From the IMG/VR virus record IMGVR_UViG_3300011114_000465, positions 1-55,653 of that record: 55,653 nucleotides of DNA; one strand, written 5' to 3'. The position numbers were made by a program, and so were the translations under genes. Origin of the DNA: a virus. Its lineage: Duplodnaviria; Caudoviricetes. Shown one piece after another: positions 41,335 to 49,679 of the stretch (the stretch's first letter is position 1; every line of letters begins with the position of its first letter). A model generated the notes under the pieces. That model was not told the DNA's origin. It saw nothing but the letters and a program-made list of their open reading frames with translations, and ran no database searches.

Positions 41335-41547
41335 TTAAGTTCCGTAAGTAGCCCAGTCGGGCATGACCATCAGCCATTCGGCGGCTGAGTAAGGCAAGGA
41401 CTCTCTGGTCCGTTCGTTGTTGGCGTATGCAACCAGGGCAGCGCGATCCGACCGAAGCCGTTCGAGCGTGGCAGTTACATGCGCATCAGGCCGATACGAC
41501 TCAAACATCTTGATGTTGAAGTCGATCTTGGCAAGTGCTTTTTCCAT
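41335..41547 (-). CDS. Hypothetical protein, first gene of early operon
   Basis: GGAG RBS. Confidence 0.65.
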   Translation of the reverse strand: MEKALAKIDFNIKMFESYRPDAHVTATLERLRSDRAALVAYANNERTRESLPYSAAEWLMVMPDWATYGT

Positions 41548-41560
41548 GCTGATCTCCAAA

Positions 41561-41619
41561 GTACCAAGCAGTCACGGTCGCCTGGATACACCGCCGGAAG
41601 GCAGCACGCTGCCCTCTGG
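41561..41619 (-). ncRNA. Structured leader element, family A copy 3
   Basis: See 39395; first stem differs in sequence but keeps pairing. Confidence 0.65.
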
Positions 41620-41763
41620 TCCATCCTTCGCACTCGTCAGTCTTGGGGACTGGTTCTTAGCGGTCTGGCCTTTAGGTTCCCTGGTCGGTACTGCTTAATC
41701 AGCTGGTTCCCTTTTTGTATCCCCCTGGTCCTTCGGGGCTGGGTCGTTACCGACCACGAAGTA

Positions 41764-41791
41764 AATGTAGCACACTGACAGTCACTGTCAA
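41764..41791 (-). promoter_or_regulatory. Strong early promoter with palindromic operator
   Basis: TTGACA-16-TACATT with extended -10 TG; TGACAGT-C-ACTGTCA palindrome overlaps -35; AT-rich upstream. Confidence 0.75.
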
Positions 41792-41888
41792 GTAAATATT
41801 AAGTTTAGGCAAAAATACAACACAAATCTTTTTGCCGGCGTTGTTTTTACGCAACAAATATTTTGATTTTTTGGTGGTTTTCAGGCAC

Positions 41889-41938
41889 TTGACCGGGTTG
41901 GCACGCTGGGATACACTTTTTGCGGGACCGTGCGTCTC
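41889..41938 (+). promoter_or_regulatory. Late promoter with variant 5' hairpin
   Basis: TTGACC-17-TACACT then GGGACCGTGCGTCTC. Confidence 0.7.
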
Positions 41939-41952
41939 AAAAATCTGTCAGC

Positions 41953-41977
41953 AAGCCGCCTCTCAGGCGGCTTTTTT
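41953..41977 (+). terminator. Intrinsic terminator directly after promoter
   Basis: AAGCCGCC-tctca-GGCGGCTT + T run. Confidence 0.85.
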
Positions 41978-41990
41978 CATTGGGAAAACC

Positions 41991-42230
41991 ATGCAACAAA
42001 TCACAATCACCGTCGGCGACGACGGCAAACTCACTGTCGAAACGAGCGAGGGTGGCGAGCCGTACCAATGCCAAAGCCCCGACGAGTGCTTGCAATATGT
42101 AGGCATGATCCTCAAGGAAGAATCGGGTGAAAACCCACAAGAGCAATCCACTGAAGGCCCGGAGAACTACGGCAAGATGTGGGAGCAAGAGGCCCAAAAG
42201 CGCCCACCTCAACCTGGCCTGATGGCCTAA
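41991..42230 (+). CDS. Hypothetical acidic protein
   Basis: First late ORF; ATG after terminator. Confidence 0.7.
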   Translation: MQQITITVGDDGKLTVETSEGGEPYQCQSPDECLQYVGMILKEESGENPQEQSTEGPENYGKMWEQEAQKRPPQPGLMA

Positions 42231-42244
42231 CCCTGGAGAAAATT

Positions 42245-42478
42245 ATGCAAAGCTATTCAAACCCCGCATCCCGTAACACCATGCGTGCCGCAGGCGATCC
42301 GATGAAAACCGGTGCAGCTATCGGCGGTGGTGGCAATCAGACACAAGGCGCTGGCACATTGCCCGCCAAAGTGTCTGTTCCCCTGCCTGGCACTGACAAG
42401 ACCCAGACCGCGTACAAGGGCGGCATGGCCAAAGCGCCAGCAGGCTTTAACAACGGCCTGATCAACGGCAAAATCTAA
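42245..42478 (+). CDS. Hypothetical Gly-rich protein
   Basis: GGAG RBS. Confidence 0.7.
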   Translation: MQSYSNPASRNTMRAAGDPMKTGAAIGGGGNQTQGAGTLPAKVSVPLPGTDKTQTAYKGGMAKAPAGFNNGLINGKI

Positions 42479-42642
42479 TGCCTAGCAAGTCTGCTGCCCA
42501 GGCCAGGATGATGGCCGCAGCCGCTCACAACCCCGCCTTCGCAAAGAAGGTGGGCGTTCCTGTGTCTGTGGCGCAGGACTACAACAAGGCCGACAAGGGC
42601 ACGGGCATCATTCGCAAAGCCATGCAACCGAAGAAGCCATGA
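42478..42642 (+). CDS. Small basic protein (54 aa) ending GIIRKAMQPKKP
   Basis: Read manually MPSKSAAQARMMAAAAHNPAFAKKVGVP...; coupled. Confidence 0.75.
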   Translation: MPSKSAAQARMMAAAAHNPAFAKKVGVPVSVAQDYNKADKGTGIIRKAMQPKKP

Positions 42643-42809
42643 AGCCCGGTCTGTACGCCAACATCCATGCCAAGCAAGAACGCATTGCAGCTGGCAGCGG
42701 TGAGCACATGCGCAAGCCGGGCACCAAGGGTGCACCGACCGCAGAGGCTTTCCGCGAATCAGCCAAGACGGCCAAGCCTGGCATCATTCGCAAAGCGATG
42801 AGCAAATGA
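42639..42809 (+). CDS. Small basic protein (56 aa) ending GIIRKAMSK
   Basis: Read manually MKPGLYANIHAKQERIAAGSGEHMRKPG...; coupled. Confidence 0.75.
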   Translation: MKPGLYANIHAKQERIAAGSGEHMRKPGTKGAPTAEAFRESAKTAKPGIIRKAMSK

Positions 42810-43117
42810 AAACCCCAGCATGGCAACGATCTGAAGGGAAGAACCCCGAGGGTGGTCTCAATGCAAAGGGCCGCGCGAGCGCCAAGGCTGAGGGCATGAA
42901 TCTCAAAGCACCGGTCAAGTCCGGCGACAATCCACGTCGTGCCAGCTTCCTGGCCAGAATGGGCAACATGCCTGGTCCCGAACGCAAGAACGGCGAGCCA
43001 ACCCGGCTGTTGTTGAGCTTGCAGGCTTGGGGCGCGTCAAGCAAAGCAGACGCAAAGGCCAAGGCCAAAGCGATCAGCAACCGCAACGGCATCATTCGCA
43101 AAGCGATGAAGGATTGA
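42806..43117 (+). CDS. Small basic protein (DUF6321-like) ending GIIRKAMKD
   Basis: AWQRSEGKNPEGGLNAKGR..RRASFLARM. Confidence 0.75.
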   Translation: MKTPAWQRSEGKNPEGGLNAKGRASAKAEGMNLKAPVKSGDNPRRASFLARMGNMPGPERKNGEPTRLLLSLQAWGASSKADAKAKAKAISNRNGIIRKAMKD

Positions 43118-43118
43118 C

Positions 43119-43580
43119 ATGGGAAAGAAAACCGGAGCCACTCGATTGGCCGAACTAGCAGGTGCGCCGCCCAGGCTCGCGTCCGTTGAGGACCTTGAGG
43201 CTGCTGGCCCAGCTCCAGCTCGCAGGCATGCAAAGCAAACCTCCAGCAAGAAGCCTATGGGCATCAACCTCAAGGCGGTGGCCGAGGCGCTGAAGGAAGC
43301 TGGCATGGACCCGGCGGTCGAGATGATCAACATCTTGAAACGTCAGGTGCCAGTACGCGATGCGAATGGCAAGCCGCGCATTGACCCCGAAACCAAAAAG
43401 CCAATGATGGTTGATGCCATCGACGCAGACACCAAGCTGCGCGTGCTCAACGAGATGCTGCAATACACGCAGCCAAAGCTCAAGTCTGTCGAGATGAAAG
43501 TCTCCGGCAACCTGGAGCTCACAGCCGAACAGCTCGACAATCGATTGGCCATGTTCTTGTCAAAGGCTGCACGCAAATGA
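43119..43580 (+). CDS. Terminase small subunit candidate
   Basis: Immediately upstream of terL; LQYTQPKLKSVE motif. Confidence 0.6.
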   Translation: MGKKTGATRLAELAGAPPRLASVEDLEAAGPAPARRHAKQTSSKKPMGINLKAVAEALKEAGMDPAVEMINILKRQVPVRDANGKPRIDPETKKPMMVDAIDADTKLRVLNEMLQYTQPKLKSVEMKVSGNLELTAEQLDNRLAMFLSKAARK

Positions 43581-45058
43581 AGATTGACGACCTCGACCTC
43601 TCGAAACTTGATTTGTCATTGCTCAATCACGAAGAGAAGCTCGAAGTCTATGAGCTGCTGCGCATTCGCGAAGTTCGCGCCAAGCGCAACCGCCTGGCCA
43701 CCTACAAGCCATACGCCAAGCAGGTCGATTTCCACACAGCTGGCGCGTCGTTCCGTGAGCGTTTGTTCATGGCCGGTAACCAGTTGGGCAAGACATGGGC
43801 CGGTGCATTCGAGACAGCGATGCACCTGACTGGCCGCTACCCTGCCTGGTGGAAGGGCACTCGATTCCCCTATGCGATCCGCGCAATGGTTGGCTCCGAA
43901 TCAGCTGAACTGACGCGCAAAGGCGTGCAGCGTTTGCTGCTTGGCCCGCCTGAAGTTCGCGACGAATGGGGCACTGGATCAATTCCGCATGAGTGCATCC
44001 GCGACACCAGCATGAAGCAAGGCGTGCCGGACGCAGTGTCCAGCATCGTCGTGCGTCATGAGTGTGGCGAGGATTCGGTCATTCAGTTCAACTCATACGA
44101 CCAGGGCCGCACCAAGTGGCAGGCCGACACGGTTAACTGGGTGTGGTTCGATGAGGAGCCACCGCTTGGTGTTTACTCTGAGGGCCTGACTCGCACTCAG
44201 GCAGTCGGCGGTCAGGTGTGCGTCACCTTCACACCACTGCTGGGCATGTCCGATGTGGTCAAGCGTTATCTGATCGACAAGCCAGCAGGCACCAACGTCA
44301 CCAACATGACGATCTACGATGCTGAGCACTACACGCAAGAGCAGCGCGAAGCCATCATCGCCGCGTACCCTGAGCACGAACGCGAAGCACGGGCAAAGGG
44401 CATTCCTATCCTGGGCAGTGGCCGCATCTTCCCGGTTGCCGAAGAGGCAATCAAGGTGCGAGCTTTCCCGATCCCAGCGCACTGGCCGCGCATCACCGGC
44501 ATCGACTTCGGTGTGGACCACCCGACCGCTGTTGTCTGGCTGGCATGGGACCGAGACAGCGATACGATCTACGTCACTGACTGCTACCGCAAGAGTGAGC
44601 CTGGCATCGGTGGCCACGCCATGGCCGTTCGGGCCAGGGGCGATTGGGTGCCAATGGCCTGGCCGCATGACGGCTTGCAGCGTGACAAGGGCGGGTCGGG
44701 TGAGCAGTTGGCCAAGCAGTACCGCGACCAAGGATTGAACCTGTTGAAGGACAGAGCTACATTCGAGGACGGCAGCAACGGCGTGGAGGCCGGACTGTCT
44801 GAGATGCTGACACGCATGCAGACCATGCGCCTTCGTGTGTTCTCGCACCTGGAAGATTGGTTCGAGGAGTTCCGCTTGTATCACCGCAAAGACGGCCTGG
44901 TCGTCAAGCAAGCCGACGATTTGCTGTCAGCCACACGCTACGCCATCATGATGCGCCGGTTCGCCAAGACCCAGGAAGAAGCCGAAGTCCGCATCCGTGG
45001 CAACAAGATTCCCAACATCACGCCATTCGGCGTGTTCGACCCTGTGACTGGATACTGA
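43577..45058 (+). CDS. terL: Terminase large subunit, P22-like
   Basis: FMAGNQLGKT, WFDEEP, TFTP, GIDFG, DDLLSATRYA. Confidence 0.96.
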   Translation: MKIDDLDLSKLDLSLLNHEEKLEVYELLRIREVRAKRNRLATYKPYAKQVDFHTAGASFRERLFMAGNQLGKTWAGAFETAMHLTGRYPAWWKGTRFPYAIRAMVGSESAELTRKGVQRLLLGPPEVRDEWGTGSIPHECIRDTSMKQGVPDAVSSIVVRHECGEDSVIQFNSYDQGRTKWQADTVNWVWFDEEPPLGVYSEGLTRTQAVGGQVCVTFTPLLGMSDVVKRYLIDKPAGTNVTNMTIYDAEHYTQEQREAIIAAYPEHEREARAKGIPILGSGRIFPVAEEAIKVRAFPIPAHWPRITGIDFGVDHPTAVVWLAWDRDSDTIYVTDCYRKSEPGIGGHAMAVRARGDWVPMAWPHDGLQRDKGGSGEQLAKQYRDQGLNLLKDRATFEDGSNGVEAGLSEMLTRMQTMRLRVFSHLEDWFEEFRLYHRKDGLVVKQADDLLSATRYAIMMRRFAKTQEEAEVRIRGNKIPNITPFGVFDPVTGY

Positions 45059-45059
45059 C

Positions 45060-45479
45060 ATGGACGACGAGTATTTCAAGGGCAAGTACAACACCGAGCT
45101 GTCGCCCGAGGAAGAAACCAAATACCAGGAATGGGTGAAGGACGAAAGTGCCAAACGCAAACGCGATGTAGGCAAAGACGAAATTGACTATGACATGCGC
45201 GGGGATTGGAAAGCTGGCGCGTCGCGCGATGAGCGGGGCCATGGCGCAGATACTTACAAGAAACCCAACCACCCAACCTTTAGCGAACAGAGCCAGTACC
45301 ATGGCGCACCGGACGAAGAAGGTAATCCACAAAACGGTGGTCGTTGGGTACAAGACAAGAAGGGCCGCTTTGTGGCTTTTGAACCAAGCGAAACAAATGC
45401 TAAGCACTGGCCTGATTGGGCACTCAAGCAATACCTTAACGATACCGAGCCAGGCATCAAATTGCAGAAACGGAAATGA
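45060..45479 (+). CDS. Conserved phage hypothetical protein
   Basis: DYDMRG..H..D.YKKPNHPTFS..S.Y motif. Confidence 0.7.
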   Translation: MDDEYFKGKYNTELSPEEETKYQEWVKDESAKRKRDVGKDEIDYDMRGDWKAGASRDERGHGADTYKKPNHPTFSEQSQYHGAPDEEGNPQNGGRWVQDKKGRFVAFEPSETNAKHWPDWALKQYLNDTEPGIKLQKRK

Positions 45480-45781
45480 CCATGGACCAACCCTACAACA
45501 TGATGCAGCCGCAAAAAGACGTGCCACCTGCACAAGCCAATATCGCTGCGATGAATCAAACCGCTGCCCGCGATGCAGCCATGCAAGGGGCCAAATCGCA
45601 GAACGCGCAAACCATGCCTTCAGGCAAAGAGGTCATGCAGCGGCCACCCACATTGCAACCGGTCCAAGGTGGCCTGGTCGACGGTCAGGCGACCAAGACT
45701 GGAGTCAACCCCGAGAATCGCAACATCAGACAAACCATGGGCACGGGCATCATTGCTGCCCAGATGAACCGCCCGGCTTAA
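45476..45781 (+). CDS. Hypothetical protein ending GIIAAQM
   Basis: Coupled ORF. Confidence 0.65.
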   Translation: MTMDQPYNMMQPQKDVPPAQANIAAMNQTAARDAAMQGAKSQNAQTMPSGKEVMQRPPTLQPVQGGLVDGQATKTGVNPENRNIRQTMGTGIIAAQMNRPA

Positions 45782-45793
45782 CAGGACAAACAC

Positions 45794-48016
45794 ATGCAAC
45801 CCCAACAAATCGATGTAGAAGTAGACGTTGTCGATCCCCAGCTGGAGATGGAGCGCACGCAGGAACGTCTGCAAGCGTTTGGCCAATCCCTCTCATCCCA
45901 ACGTGATGACTGGATTCGCGCCCGTTACAGCTATGGGGTAGACAAGCGTTGGCTCGAAGACGAGGACCAATACAACGCAAAGGACAACATCAACAAGGCA
46001 GCCAGCCAGATGATGACCAGCGTTGAGCAGGGTTACCCGGTCACCACACAGAACGCCAAGCCTCACCGCTCGACCGTCTACATTGGCCTGACCAGACAGA
46101 AAACCAATGCAGCCGAGGCACGCATCTCCGACATTCTGCTGCCCACCGACGACCGCAATTGGGGCATCAAGCCAACACCGAAGCCCAAGCTCATGGCCAT
46201 GAGCCGCAACAACCAGATGGCCGGTGACAAGACAACCGGTCAGCCGTTGACCCATCCCGAGACTGGCCAACCTTTGGCCATGCGCGACATCGCCCGAGCG
46301 GCCATGCAGACCGCACGCGAGAAGGCAGATGCCATGCAGCTGGAGATCGAAGACCAGCTGGTCGAGTGCGACTACAACGGCGAGCTGCGCAAAGTGATTC
46401 ACAACGCGGCACGCCTGGGCACCGGTGTGATCAAGGGACCAATCGTCACCAACCTCACGCGCAAAGCCTGGCAGCCATACAAGGACATGGAAGGCAACAC
46501 GATCCACCAGCTGGACATCGTGACCGAAGTGACACCCGCGTCATTCAGCATTGACCCTCGCAACGTCTGGCCAGACCCAGGCTGTGGCGATTCGATCCAC
46601 AACGGCAAGGGCATCTACGAGCGTGAGCAGATGACCAGCCGCCAGGTTCGTGACCTGGCCAAGCAGCCAGGGTTTATGAAAGAGCAGCTTCGCAAGGTGC
46701 TGGAAGAAGGCCCAAAGAAGTCGGCCACCTTCCAGGAACTGAAGGACGAAGATCAGCGCGACATCGCCCGCGATGTCTATGAGATGTGGAGCTACTGGGG
46801 CGAAGTCGATCACGACGACCTGGAAGCAGCAGGCATCAAGCTGGGCGAGAAGGACGAGCTCCGCGCGGTCAGCGCGTGCGTCGTGATGATCAACAGCACG
46901 ATCGTCAAAGCATTCCTGAACCCGCTTGAAGGTGGCGACCTGCCTTATGACTTCTACGTTTGGGAGCGTGTGGCCGACAGCGTGTGGGGCTACGGCATCC
47001 CGTACCTCATGCGTGCACAACAGAAGGTCCTGAACGCTGCATGGCGGCAGATGATGGACAACGCAGGCGTGTCCAGCGGTCCGCAAATCATCGTCAAGGC
47101 TGGAGCCATCCAGCCAGCTGACAAGCAGTGGCAGATCAGCGCACGCAAGATATGGTTTGCCACCGATGAAGTGGACGACGTGCGCAAGGCATTCACCGCC
47201 GTGGAATTCAACAGCCACCAGACTGAGCTGTCAGGCATCATCAAGATGGCCATGGAGCTGGCCGACATGGAGACCGGCGTGCCGGTCCTCATGCAGGGCG
47301 AGAAGGGTGCAGCACCTGACACCGTCGGCGGCATGCAGATGCTGATGAACAGCGCCAACGTGGTGCTGCGCCGCTTGGTCAAACAGTTCGATGACATGGT
47401 CACCCGTCCGCACATCCGCCGGTACTACGACTACAACATGATGTACAACGAAGACGAAGAGATTAAGGGCGACTTCAGCATCGACGCTCGCGGCTCATCG
47501 GCTTTGCTGATCCGTGACATTCAGAACCAGGCGTTCCTGAACCTGTTGGCCGCTGGCGCAAACCCGGTCTACGGCGTTTACCTGGACACCCAGAAGCTGT
47601 TCGAGAAAGCCCTTCAGGCTCAGCACATCGATCCCAAAGAGGTGTTCAAGTCGGAAGATGAGCTGGAGAAAATCAAAGAGTTGCAAAAGAACCCACAGCA
47701 AGCACCGCCCGATCCAGCCCTGGCCGTGGCTCAGCTGCGTGGCCAGATCGAAATGCAAAAGGCCCAGGCCCAGAACCAGGGCGACATGGCCGAACTCAAT
47801 GTGCGCCAGGCGATCGCCAAGCAAGAAGGTGAATTGCGCATGGCCGAGATGCAGCTCACGCGCGAGATCGAGATGCTGAAGATGGCCAACACCCAGAACC
47901 TGACACTCGAACAGATCAAGGCCAAACTGGCCGACACGGCAATGCGCGAACGCAGCAAGAAAGAGCTGTATGCGGCAGAAGCGAATTTGAAAATGACCAC
48001 CGGTCAAGGCATCTAA
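45794..48016 (+). CDS. Portal protein
   Basis: 740 aa after terL; GTGVIKGP, WGYGIP, TVGGMQMLM; C-terminal coiled coil. Confidence 0.9.
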   Translation: MQPQQIDVEVDVVDPQLEMERTQERLQAFGQSLSSQRDDWIRARYSYGVDKRWLEDEDQYNAKDNINKAASQMMTSVEQGYPVTTQNAKPHRSTVYIGLTRQKTNAAEARISDILLPTDDRNWGIKPTPKPKLMAMSRNNQMAGDKTTGQPLTHPETGQPLAMRDIARAAMQTAREKADAMQLEIEDQLVECDYNGELRKVIHNAARLGTGVIKGPIVTNLTRKAWQPYKDMEGNTIHQLDIVTEVTPASFSIDPRNVWPDPGCGDSIHNGKGIYEREQMTSRQVRDLAKQPGFMKEQLRKVLEEGPKKSATFQELKDEDQRDIARDVYEMWSYWGEVDHDDLEAAGIKLGEKDELRAVSACVVMINSTIVKAFLNPLEGGDLPYDFYVWERVADSVWGYGIPYLMRAQQKVLNAAWRQMMDNAGVSSGPQIIVKAGAIQPADKQWQISARKIWFATDEVDDVRKAFTAVEFNSHQTELSGIIKMAMELADMETGVPVLMQGEKGAAPDTVGGMQMLMNSANVVLRRLVKQFDDMVTRPHIRRYYDYNMMYNEDEEIKGDFSIDARGSSALLIRDIQNQAFLNLLAAGANPVYGVYLDTQKLFEKALQAQHIDPKEVFKSEDELEKIKELQKNPQQAPPDPALAVAQLRGQIEMQKAQAQNQGDMAELNVRQAIAKQEGELRMAEMQLTREIEMLKMANTQNLTLEQIKAKLADTAMRERSKKELYAAEANLKMTTGQGI

Positions 48017-48034
48017 ACCTGAAAGGAACTCACC

Positions 48035-48397
48035 ATGGCATCAATCAGCGCAACCGTCAGCCGCGACACGGCTCCCGGCGCAATCATCATCACCTGGGCA
48101 TTGGGCAACGCCGACACCGGCCTGCCCTATCAGCTCAGCTCCGCATCGGATTTGACCTGCCACACGTTTGGCACGTTCGGCGCAGCGACCATCACCTGGC
48201 AGGGCTCCAGCGATGGGACCAACTGGCACCCGATGACGCAAAAGGGTGGCACGGCCAACATGGCCTACACCACCACCGGCAACCACTCGCCCAACGAAAT
48301 GCCTCCGTTCATCCGCCCAGTCTCAACTGGCGGTACAGGCACGGCGATCACCGCGTCTTTGTGCGTCTATCCGCGCTGGTCTAAGAACCAATTCTGA
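48035..48397 (+). CDS. Beta-rich structural protein
   Basis: GTFGAATITWQGSSDGTNW; AAGGA RBS. Confidence 0.65.
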   Translation: MASISATVSRDTAPGAIIITWALGNADTGLPYQLSSASDLTCHTFGTFGAATITWQGSSDGTNWHPMTQKGGTANMAYTTTGNHSPNEMPPFIRPVSTGGTGTAITASLCVYPRWSKNQF

Positions 48398-48401
48398 CCA
48401 C

Positions 48402-48452
48402 TTGCGCACAGCCCCCTGCCTGGCATAGAATCTGGGCAGGGACCTCGCGTCC
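48402..48452 (+). promoter_or_regulatory. Late promoter with conserved 5' hairpin
   Basis: TTGCGC-18-TAGAAT then GGGACCTCGCGTCC. Confidence 0.75.
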
Positions 48453-48463
48453 AAAAATTACAT

Positions 48464-48488
48464 AGCCAGGCAATGACCTGGCTTTTTT
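48464..48488 (+). terminator. Intrinsic terminator directly after promoter
   Basis: AGCCAGG-caatga-CCTGGCT + T run. Confidence 0.8.
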
Positions 48489-48494
48489 GATGGC

Positions 48495-48695
48495 ATGAAC
48501 GAATTCACAACTGACACCTGGCACAAACTGCGCAAATGGGCTGAAGCAGAGCTCGAACGCGCACGCGTGCGAAACGACGCAGTGGGTCTCTCCGAACACG
48601 ACACTGCGGCGATCAGGGGTGAGATCAGGATGCTCAAACGATTTCTCGACTTGCCGCAAGCGGCAACTCGGGGTGTAGTGGTTGAGCCGGACTGA
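48495..48695 (+). CDS. Small head-associated protein
   Basis: W........RGEI..L...L.LP pattern between portal and scaffold. Confidence 0.65.
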   Translation: MNEFTTDTWHKLRKWAEAELERARVRNDAVGLSEHDTAAIRGEIRMLKRFLDLPQAATRGVVVEPD

Positions 48696-48720
48696 AAGTC
48701 CCGCACAACCTGTCTGAGTG

Positions 48721-48744
48721 ACCGCCTTCGGGCGGTTTTTTATT
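48721..48744 (+). terminator. Intrinsic terminator
   Basis: ACCGCC-TTCG-GGCGGT + T run. Confidence 0.8.
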
Positions 48745-48756
48745 GGAGAGAGAAAA

Positions 48757-49656
48757 GTGGACCCACAACAACTATCCGAAGAGGAAACGCAGAAACTCTG
48801 GAATGAAGAAGCCGCAAAACTTGAAGCCGGTGAACCCTCACCCGCGTTCGAGACACAAGGCATTGCGCCGGTAGACCCGCCGCAAGACCCTCAACCCCAG
48901 GACCCTGCGCCAGCCCCAGGACCAGAAGTTGATCCGCTGGCAGGACTTCCAGAACCAGTGAAGCAGGCCCTGGCCCGCATCACCGAATTGGAAACAGCCA
49001 ACTCTCAACTGCTGCACCACGTAAAGACTGCCGAGGGTCGCGTGGCCGCAATGCAGCGAGAGTTCCAGCAGGCACGTCAAGCGCAACAATCTGTTGCACC
49101 GCAAGACGCGCCAACGCAAGGAGCTATCGCTGATGCCGCCAAGAACCCCGAGAAGTGGGAGCAGCTCAAGCAAGATTTCCCGGAATGGGCCGGGGCGATG
49201 GAAGAGTACGTTGGGGCAAAGCTCAGCGGCATGCAAAGCGGTGTTCAGGCCAATCAGGTCATCGAATACGTGCAAGCGCAGCAAGCTGAACTCAGAGCTC
49301 AAATGCAATCTGCCATTGAAGAGGCCCGAGTCGAAGGCAAATACGAAAACTGGAAAGAGACGATTAACACATCGGACTTTGCCCAGTGGTTCGCTATTCA
49401 GCCAGCTGAGGTGAAAGCCTTGGCCGACAGTCCGCACGGTAGGGATGCGATCAAGATGTTGGACATGTTCAACACCGTGAAAGCAAAACCTGCTTCGGAG
49501 ATCAGGCAAGAGCGAGGAGCACGTCTCGCCGCAGCCGCGACGACCCGACCTGGCCAGACACCGCCGCCCAAGACATTGGACGACTTGTCGCCAGAAGAAC
49601 TCTGGAACTACGAGGCCAAGAAGCGCGAAGAACAAAGAGCGCGACAAGGCTACTGA
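48757..49656 (+). CDS. Scaffolding protein
   Basis: Acidic/Pro N-terminus, coiled coil, upstream of capsid; GGAG RBS before GTG. Confidence 0.75.
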   Translation: MDPQQLSEEETQKLWNEEAAKLEAGEPSPAFETQGIAPVDPPQDPQPQDPAPAPGPEVDPLAGLPEPVKQALARITELETANSQLLHHVKTAEGRVAAMQREFQQARQAQQSVAPQDAPTQGAIADAAKNPEKWEQLKQDFPEWAGAMEEYVGAKLSGMQSGVQANQVIEYVQAQQAELRAQMQSAIEEARVEGKYENWKETINTSDFAQWFAIQPAEVKALADSPHGRDAIKMLDMFNTVKAKPASEIRQERGARLAAAATTRPGQTPPPKTLDDLSPEELWNYEAKKREEQRARQGY

Positions 49657-49679
49657 AAACTTTTTAAAGGAACCAAACC

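Noticed and set aside
39395-41760. CRISPR or mini-array interpretation of early-region repeats
   Set aside because: Repeats are separated by genes or are only 5 nt with irregular spacing; no cas genes (DUF2800 is a replication-module nuclease)
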